NCBI GenBank assembly: GCA_041483195.1
Contig: JBGPFC010000006.1
Location: 32,001 to 96,000 of the forward strand
DNA: 64,000 bases
From: Candidatus Eiseniibacteriota bacterium
Lineage (GTDB): Bacteria; Eisenbacteria; RBG-16-71-46
Direction of reading: 5' to 3'
Shown: positions 58,021-64,000 of the stretch, piece by piece
Layout of the letters: each line of letters starts with the position of its first letter
How positions within the stretch are numbered: the stretch's first letter is position 1
Notes under the pieces: generated by a model
What the model saw: the letters and a program-made list of their open reading frames with translations, nothing else
The model's database searches: none
Told to the model about the DNA's origin: nothing
Program-made: the position numbers and the translations under genes

Positions 58021-58298
58021 GTGCGAGCCCCGGCGCCGCCGCCGCGAATGCCCGCTCTTCGCCTGTCACCGATCGTCCAACCGGGACCGCTCGCCCAGTT
58101 CGCGCCCACTTCGCGCTCGCGTACGCTCCCACGCGCGGCTAGAATCGGGCCTCCCACGGCGCAATCCCCAGGCGCCGACTCAGGCGGCGCCGCTCGCGCG
58201 GCGGCCCGGCGCTGGAGGCCCGCATGCAGACATCGTTCGCGACCGAGCCTGGCGAGGCGGCCGCGGCCCCCGCTCACGCATTCCGCACCAGGCCTCCG

Positions 58299-59858
58299 AT
58301 GCGGCCCGGCCTGCGCTTCCTCGCCGCGCTTGCCGTCTCATCGCTCTTCGCCGCCCCGCCCGGCGCCAGCGCGCTCACCATCAACGTCGAAGTGGACTGG
58401 CTCGCATCGGGCACGCACAGCCACCGCCCCAATCCGTGCGAGATCGAAGCGGTCAGGACCGCGTTTGCGCTCCGCGGCCATTCGCTGAACGTCGAGATGG
58501 GCAACGAGGTTCCCGAGACCCCCGCGAACAGCATGATCGTGTTCGACACGGGGACGGGGTTCGATGACTTCGCCGGCGGCTGGTACGCGCTCGAATCGGC
58601 CTACCGCAATCATCCGCCGGGAACGGGCTGGCACTACTGCATCTTCGTACACCAGTACCAGTCGGGGACGATCACCACGAGCTCGGGCCTCGCCGAGATC
58701 GGGGGCGACGAATTCCTGGTGAGTCTCGGGGCGTTCTCCGGAGGAACCGGCACGCCATTCGATCGCGCGGGCACGTTCATGCACGAACTCGGTCACAATC
58801 TCGGGCTCAGGCACGGCGGCGGGCAGGACGAGTCCCAGGTCGGCCAGTACAAGCCGAACTACCCGAGCCTCATGGCGTATCGCTATCAGCTGATCGGCGT
58901 TCGCAACGGGCTCGTGTGCCAGGGCCTGGCCCTCGCCACGCAGGTTGCGCCATTCACCGAGCTCGACTATTCGGTTGGCGCGGTGCCCGACCTCGACGAG
59001 ACCAAGCTCAACGAGTGCAACGGGCTGGGCCTGGGGAAGTCGGTGGATTGGAACTGCAACGGATCGATCAGCTCCTGCACGCAGACGGTGGGGAAGGACC
59101 TGAGCAGCGGGTACAACTGGTGCACGAACACCGGCTTCAGGACCGCCATCAAGGACTACAACGACTGGGCCCACGTCTCGGACGTGTCCGCCAAACCCCA
59201 GCTGCTCGCCACGAACACGGAGGTGATCTCGTGCATCACGGCGGACGAGGCGGCCAGTCCGCTCGCGGGCCCGGGCGGCTGCACGCAGGTCAATCCATGC
59301 GATCAGCCGACCCCCACGCTGCTCTCGCTGGTGAGCGCGCTCGCGGAGCCCGACCGCGTTCGGCTCACGTGGCACGCGGCGGAGAGCGGCGGGCTCGAGG
59401 CGACGATCTATCGGCGCACGGCGGAGAGTGAATGGATTGCGCTGGGCCTGACCCGTGCGGACGGCAATGGATTTCTGGCCTTCGAAGATCGCACGGCGGG
59501 ACCTGGGCAGCGCTACGGCTACCGGCTCGGCGTCATGGAGAGCGGCCGCGAGTACGCACTCGGCGAGAGCTGGGTGGACGTGCCGCGCACGCTCGAGCTG
59601 ATGCTGCAGGGCCTGCGTCCCAATCCGGCGACGGGCCGCGCGGCGGTGTCCTTCACGCTCCCCGGCGCGGGTTCCGCGCGGCTCGAGCTCTTCGATCTGA
59701 GCGGAAGGCGGGTGTGGGCTCGCGAAGTCGGGTCGCTCGGCGCGGGAAGCCACGCCGTGCCGCTCGACGAGGGGAGCGCGCTGCCATCCGGCGTGTACGT
59801 CGTGCGGCTCACGAGCGGGGGACGCGAGGTGACGAGCAGAGCGGTCGTCGTTCACTAG
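58299..59858 (+). CDS. Secreted metzincin-type zinc metallopeptidase with a C-terminal sorting domain
   Basis: Signal peptide; HELGHNLGLRH (HExxHxxGxxH), SLMAY Met-turn, Cys-rich segment; CTD RPNP...LFDLSGRRV...SGVYVVRL. Confidence 0.85.
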   Translation: MRPGLRFLAALAVSSLFAAPPGASALTINVEVDWLASGTHSHRPNPCEIEAVRTAFALRGHSLNVEMGNEVPETPANSMIVFDTGTGFDDFAGGWYALESAYRNHPPGTGWHYCIFVHQYQSGTITTSSGLAEIGGDEFLVSLGAFSGGTGTPFDRAGTFMHELGHNLGLRHGGGQDESQVGQYKPNYPSLMAYRYQLIGVRNGLVCQGLALATQVAPFTELDYSVGAVPDLDETKLNECNGLGLGKSVDWNCNGSISSCTQTVGKDLSSGYNWCTNTGFRTAIKDYNDWAHVSDVSAKPQLLATNTEVISCITADEAASPLAGPGGCTQVNPCDQPTPTLLSLVSALAEPDRVRLTWHAAESGGLEATIYRRTAESEWIALGLTRADGNGFLAFEDRTAGPGQRYGYRLGVMESGREYALGESWVDVPRTLELMLQGLRPNPATGRAAVSFTLPGAGSARLELFDLSGRRVWAREVGSLGAGSHAVPLDEGSALPSGVYVVRLTSGGREVTSRAVVVH

Positions 59859-60003
59859 TATCGATCGACGCTGGGTCAAGGCACGGTGCCTCCCTCGGGA
59901 AGGCCCGCACGATTAGACCGTGAGCGGATCGGGCCGGAGGGAGAGCATGAAGCAATCGCCAGGGACACGGCTGTTCCCCGCGGCTCGCGCGGGGCGGTGA
60001 GGC

Positions 60004-61002
60004 GTGGCCTTCGGCGAGCTCGAGGACTCACCCGCGCCGCAACGACCCCGAATCCCCTGGTGGACGAAGCCAATCGGACGGCTCTCGCTCTACAGCTTCA
60101 CCGTGTCGGCCCTGTCGTTCGCGGCATTCCTGCTGACCTCCCTGTTGTGGCTCATCACGCCGCTGCGGGAGTCTCCCGGCTTCCTGAGATTCCACGCCAT
60201 CTGCGGGGGCTCCATGTTCGCGGCCGCGGGCCTGCTGTTCGTGACCCTCTTCGTTCTCCACCGCTTCCTGGTCCCGGATCCGGGCACCGAGCTGCGGAGC
60301 CTGGATGCGGCTCCGCTCAACGTCGGTCTCACCGCCTTCAACGACGAGGAGGCCATCGGCCCGGCGGTGCGGGACTTCAAGTCCGCTCGGGGGGTGAGGC
60401 GCGTGATCGTCGTCGACAACAACTCACGCGACCGCACCCGGCAGGTGGCGGAGGACGCCGGCGCGGATCGCGTCGTCATCGAGACCACTCCGGGCTACGG
60501 CGCGTGCTGCCAGCGCGCGTTGGCCGAGGCCGCCGAGGGCGCGGACCTGATCCTGCTATGTGAAGGGGACATGACGTTCCGCGCCGCCGACTTGAAGAAG
60601 TTCGTCGCATACCTGGAGAACTGCGACCTGGTGCTCGGCACTCGCTCCACGCAGGAGCTGCGGGATCCCGGCACGCAGATGGACTGGCTCATCAACCCCG
60701 CGAACCAGATCGTCGCGAAGCTCATCCAGCTTCGCTTCTGGGGCACCCGGCTGACCGACGTGGGCTGCACCTACCGGGCCATCCGCGTGGACGCCTATCG
60801 ACGGCTCGCTCCACAGCTCTCGGTTCGCGGCAATCACTTCTCGCCGCACATGATCATCGAGGCGCTGAAGCTCCGGATGCGCGTGATCGAGGTCCCGATC
60901 ACGTTTCACCGCAGGGTGGGAGTTTCGAAAGGCGTGGGCTCGAGCAAGATCCGCGCGGCGCGCGTCGCACTGCGAATGCTCGGGCTCCTCTACCGCGCCT
61001 GA
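60004..61002 (+). CDS. Glycosyltransferase family 2 with two N-terminal TMs (polyprenol-phosphate GT-like)
   Basis: AFNDE..I, VIVVDNNSRDRT, GYG, LTDVGCTYRA, EVPITF..R.G.SK. Confidence 0.85.
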   Translation: MAFGELEDSPAPQRPRIPWWTKPIGRLSLYSFTVSALSFAAFLLTSLLWLITPLRESPGFLRFHAICGGSMFAAAGLLFVTLFVLHRFLVPDPGTELRSLDAAPLNVGLTAFNDEEAIGPAVRDFKSARGVRRVIVVDNNSRDRTRQVAEDAGADRVVIETTPGYGACCQRALAEAAEGADLILLCEGDMTFRAADLKKFVAYLENCDLVLGTRSTQELRDPGTQMDWLINPANQIVAKLIQLRFWGTRLTDVGCTYRAIRVDAYRRLAPQLSVRGNHFSPHMIIEALKLRMRVIEVPITFHRRVGVSKGVGSSKIRAARVALRMLGLLYRA

Positions 61003-61047
61003 GCCCGGTCCCGCGGGCGGCCCCGTCGCACGATCGCGCGGAGCCGC

Positions 61048-62478
61048 TCAGTCCTCGACTACGTGGGTCTCGAAGGACCTGCGACACCCGGCCCAGCGCT
61101 CGCGGTCGAAGTGGCCGCACTCGTCGAGACAGTCCACCGCCGCGTAGGCCATCGCCAGCGTGTGGTGGGTATTGTCGTGCGCGAACAGTCCCTGCCGTCC
61201 CAGCGTGAGCACTCCCGGCAGGCCCGCGAGCCAGCCGTCGATGCGTTCGAAGTGGCGCTCGTAGCCACGCCGGTAGATCGGGTAGGCCTGCGGTAGCCGG
61301 CGCGTCGCCACTTCCAGCAGCGGCGCCCCGATCGGGATGCCCAGATCGGAGAGCGCGTCCCGCACGACCTGTCCCAGCTCGGCATCGGGCCGGTTCCACC
61401 ACGAATCCCCCATCGAACACGGCAGCTCAGCACACAGCACGGTGCGGTCCGCGGGATCGGCGACGGTCGAGTAGTTCCGGGGCTCGGACATTCGCGTGAT
61501 CGGGACCTCGGTCTCCGGGAAGTAGTGGGCGTCGAATTCGCTGAACCGCCGCTGACCCAGGACGAGGTAGATGAGGATCATGCTGCGGAACTGGATGCCG
61601 TTCGCGGCCTCGATCACCTCGGGCGGCGCCGCGGGCCGCAGGCTCCGCGCCAGCGCGGTGACGGGGATCGTGGACCAGACGTGATCCGCGCGGAGACTCC
61701 GCACCTGGTCGCCCGCGCGGAATTCCACGCGGCAGCCTCCCTCGGGCAGCAGGTGCACGGCTTCCACGCCGGCGCCGAACTGGAATGTGGCGCCCAGATC
61801 GCGGGCCGCACCGAAGTAGCGTTCGGCGATCTCGCCGTAGCCGCCGCGCGGATAGAAGAATCGTCCCGCGCCTTGCGGCTTCAATCCCGGCACGGCCGAG
61901 AGGACCTTGCGCGCCAATCCCCCGAGAGAGCCCGCCTTGACCCGGCGCCGTGCCTGGGTCGCCGAGAGTTCCTCCGGGTCGAGGCCCCAGATCTTCCGCG
62001 CGTACGGAAAATAGAAGTCGCGGCAGATGGTCCGACCTAGGCCGCGATGGAGCACCGATGCGAAGGACTCCCCCGCGGAATCCGTGGCCCGCGCCGGCAG
62101 CGCCTTTCGCACCAGATCGCCGGCCGTGCCCAGCGCGAAGCCGGGCGGCAGTCTCAGCACCAGGTCGAGGGGCTTGAGCGGGAAGTGGATCCAGCGCCCG
62201 CGCAGGCGGATCCGCCCGTGGCGCGGCCGATCGAGCAGGTCGTTTCCGAGCAGGCGGCGGATGTCGGAGAGGATCCCCGGATCGCAGGCGGGGTGGAGTC
62301 GGTGGCTTCCGAAGTCCACGTTGAGCCCCCCCAGCTCGAAGCTCCCCGCGAGGCCGCCGACGCGCGGGGCGCGCTCGAGCACGGTCGCGGCCGCCTTTCC
62401 GGTCACGGCCAGGCGGTACGCCGCTCCGACGCCGGATGGCCCGGCGCCCAGGATGACCACTTCGGCGCGCCCGCTCAT
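61048..62478 (-). CDS. FAD-dependent oxidoreductase (protoporphyrinogen oxidase / UDP-galactopyranose mutase-like)
   Basis: ILGAGPSG, E....VGGLA, DFGSHR, FFYPRGG.G, AYPIY, GRQGLF; ATGA overlap with asnB. Confidence 0.82.
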   Translation of the reverse strand: MSGRAEVVILGAGPSGVGAAYRLAVTGKAAATVLERAPRVGGLAGSFELGGLNVDFGSHRLHPACDPGILSDIRRLLGNDLLDRPRHGRIRLRGRWIHFPLKPLDLVLRLPPGFALGTAGDLVRKALPARATDSAGESFASVLHRGLGRTICRDFYFPYARKIWGLDPEELSATQARRRVKAGSLGGLARKVLSAVPGLKPQGAGRFFYPRGGYGEIAERYFGAARDLGATFQFGAGVEAVHLLPEGGCRVEFRAGDQVRSLRADHVWSTIPVTALARSLRPAAPPEVIEAANGIQFRSMILIYLVLGQRRFSEFDAHYFPETEVPITRMSEPRNYSTVADPADRTVLCAELPCSMGDSWWNRPDAELGQVVRDALSDLGIPIGAPLLEVATRRLPQAYPIYRRGYERHFERIDGWLAGLPGVLTLGRQGLFAHDNTHHTLAMAYAAVDCLDECGHFDRERWAGCRRSFETHVVED

Positions 62479-64000
62479 GCGATGTACCGCTCGTACCAGA
62501 TCATGAAATTGAGCAGGCCCCACAGCGCGCGGCCATGATCGTGCCGGCCGTTCAGGTGCTCTGCGACGAGCGAGCCCACCGCCTCGTGGCGGAAGAGACC
62601 GGTGGACGCGAGACGCTCGCGGCCCAGGTAGTCGTCCATCGTGCCGCGCAGTTCGCTGCGCAGCCAGCGGGAGTATGGCATCTCGAGACCGACCTTCTTC
62701 TTGTCGATGATCTCGCGCGGCAGCAGGCCGGCCATCGCCTTGCGCATGATGTTCTTCTTCCGCAGGCCGGGCAGCTTGATTCGCGCCGGCACCCGTGACA
62801 GGTACTCGGTGAGATCGGGATCGGTGAACGGCACGCGCGCCTCGAGCGAGTGCGCCATGCTCATCCGGTCGTTCTTGATCATCAGGTCGTCCGGCAGGAA
62901 CACGTTGGCGTCGACGTAGAGCAGGCGGTTCAGGGTGTCGCGGGCGCGGCAGCGGTCGAACGGCTCGACGACGTGCCGCTCGGGACTGCCGGGCCCGATG
63001 CGCTCGAGCAGCTCGGGGGTATAGAGCCTGAGCTTCTGCGCCTCGGACAGGACGATCCGCCACCACAGATGGGCCTGAGGCGGCGTGAGGTCCTGCCCCC
63101 CGAGGAAGCGCTTCATCTTGAACTCCAGGCTCAGCTTCTTGTGCGAGACCGGAAGGGCGTTCACGATCGGGGCGATCAGGCCGCGCCGCACGGCGCGGGG
63201 CACCGCGCGGAACCACTGCGAAGCCTTGAACGCCGCGTAGGTCTCGTACCCCGCGAACGCTTCGTCCCCGCCCTCCCCCGACAGCACGACCACGACTTCA
63301 TCCTTCGCCAGCTGGCAGACGAAGTAGGTCGGGATCGCGGAGCCGTCGGCGTATGGCTCGTCGATGAAGCCGATGTAGGTCGAGAGCAGCTGGCGCACCA
63401 TGTCGGCCGTCACGACCACTTCGCGCGCGACGGTGCCGAACTGGCGGGCCACCATTCGGGCGTAGGGCAGCTCGTTGAAGCTCGCGTCCTCGAATCCCAC
63501 CGAGTAAGTGTGGATGGGCTCCGAGGTGTGACGCTTCATGAGGGCCACCAGCGTGCTGGAATCCATCCCGCCGGAGAGCAGCACGCCGACCGGGACGTCG
63601 GCGATCAGCTGCCGGCGGACCGCCTCGTCCATCCGCTCGAAGGCGCCACGGACCACGGTCGCCTCATCTAGCGAATCGTCCTCCCCGAACGAGAGGTCGA
63701 AGAATCGCTGCGTCTCGACGCGGCCTTCGGTGTCGACGCTCATGCGGTGCGCGGCCTTTACCTCCGCGATGCCATCGAAGGCGGTCTGTTCGCCGGGGAT
63801 GTAGTCGAAGGTGAGGTAGTCGTGCAGGGCCTGGACGTCCACGCGGCGCGGCACGCGCGGGTCCTGCAGCAGGCACTTGATCTCGGACCCGAACAGCAGG
63901 CGTCCGTCCTGCCAGGTGTAGAAGAGCGGCTTCACGCCGAATGGGTCGCGCGCGAGGTGGAGCTGCCGGCGCCGCACGTCCCAGAGCGCGAAGGCGAAGA
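62475..64000 (-). CDS. asnB: Asparagine synthase (glutamine-hydrolysing)-like amidotransferase, 5' end outside the window
   Basis: FAFALWD, LARDPFGVKPLFY, FGSEIK, LSGGMDSS, LSGEGGDE.FAGY, K.DRMSMAHSLEARVPF. Confidence 0.92.
   Translation of the reverse strand, partial: FAFALWDVRRRQLHLARDPFGVKPLFYTWQDGRLLFGSEIKCLLQDPRVPRRVDVQALHDYLTFDYIPGEQTAFDGIAEVKAAHRMSVDTEGRVETQRFFDLSFGEDDSLDEATVVRGAFERMDEAVRRQLIADVPVGVLLSGGMDSSTLVALMKRHTSEPIHTYSVGFEDASFNELPYARMVARQFGTVAREVVVTADMVRQLLSTYIGFIDEPYADGSAIPTYFVCQLAKDEVVVVLSGEGGDEAFAGYETYAAFKASQWFRAVPRAVRRGLIAPIVNALPVSHKKLSLEFKMKRFLGGQDLTPPQAHLWWRIVLSEAQKLRLYTPELLERIGPGSPERHVVEPFDRCRARDTLNRLLYVDANVFLPDDLMIKNDRMSMAHSLEARVPFTDPDLTEYLSRVPARIKLPGLRKKNIMRKAMAGLLPREIIDKKKVGLEMPYSRWLRSELRGTMDDYLGRERLASTGLFRHEAVGSLVAEHLNGRHDHGRALWGLLNFMIWYERYIA

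Overview
A very GC-rich bacterial window with dense coding and no rRNA, tRNA or CRISPR that I can see. Several proteins end in a T9SS/FlgD-type C-terminal Ig domain, which suggests an FCB-associated lineage such as Ca. Eisenbacteria (inference only). It has four blocks. (1) About 0.3-26.3 kb: a Wzx/Wzy-type surface glycan locus (fcl, WcaJ-like initiator, GT2/GT4/GT9, deacetylase plus GNAT, Wzy_C protein, Wzz-like, Wza/SLBB, rfbB/rfbC, ugd, two Rmd/Gmd-like SDRs, wzx) carrying an embedded nucleotidyltransferase/small-protein cassette. (2) About 26.4-38.9 kb: an OPT transporter, an ECF sigma/anti-sigma pair, and pyrB-pyrC-[TPR lipoprotein]-pyrK-pyrD-pyrF, with a clear PyrR-binding hairpin over the pyrB ribosome-binding site. 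(3) About 38.9-57.9 kb: an intact IS1202/ISNCY-type element with a perfect 16-bp target duplication, then a coupled three-gene operon of two ~1950-aa integrin-alpha-like proteins (21 FG-GAP repeats in 3 groups of 7) flanking an S8 protease, then ogt, adaA and pyrR. (4) About 58-64 kb: a secreted metzincin and the start of a second glycan-related cluster. The best candidate for an undescribed system is the triple-propeller/S8 operon, read together with a PorW/SprE-like TPR lipoprotein, five CTD-bearing proteins, dense D-(S/T)-x O-glycosylation-like sequons and Wbp/Vim-like glycan genes. Together these resemble a Bacteroidota-style secretion/glycosylation system. All family calls come from motif reading, not database searches.
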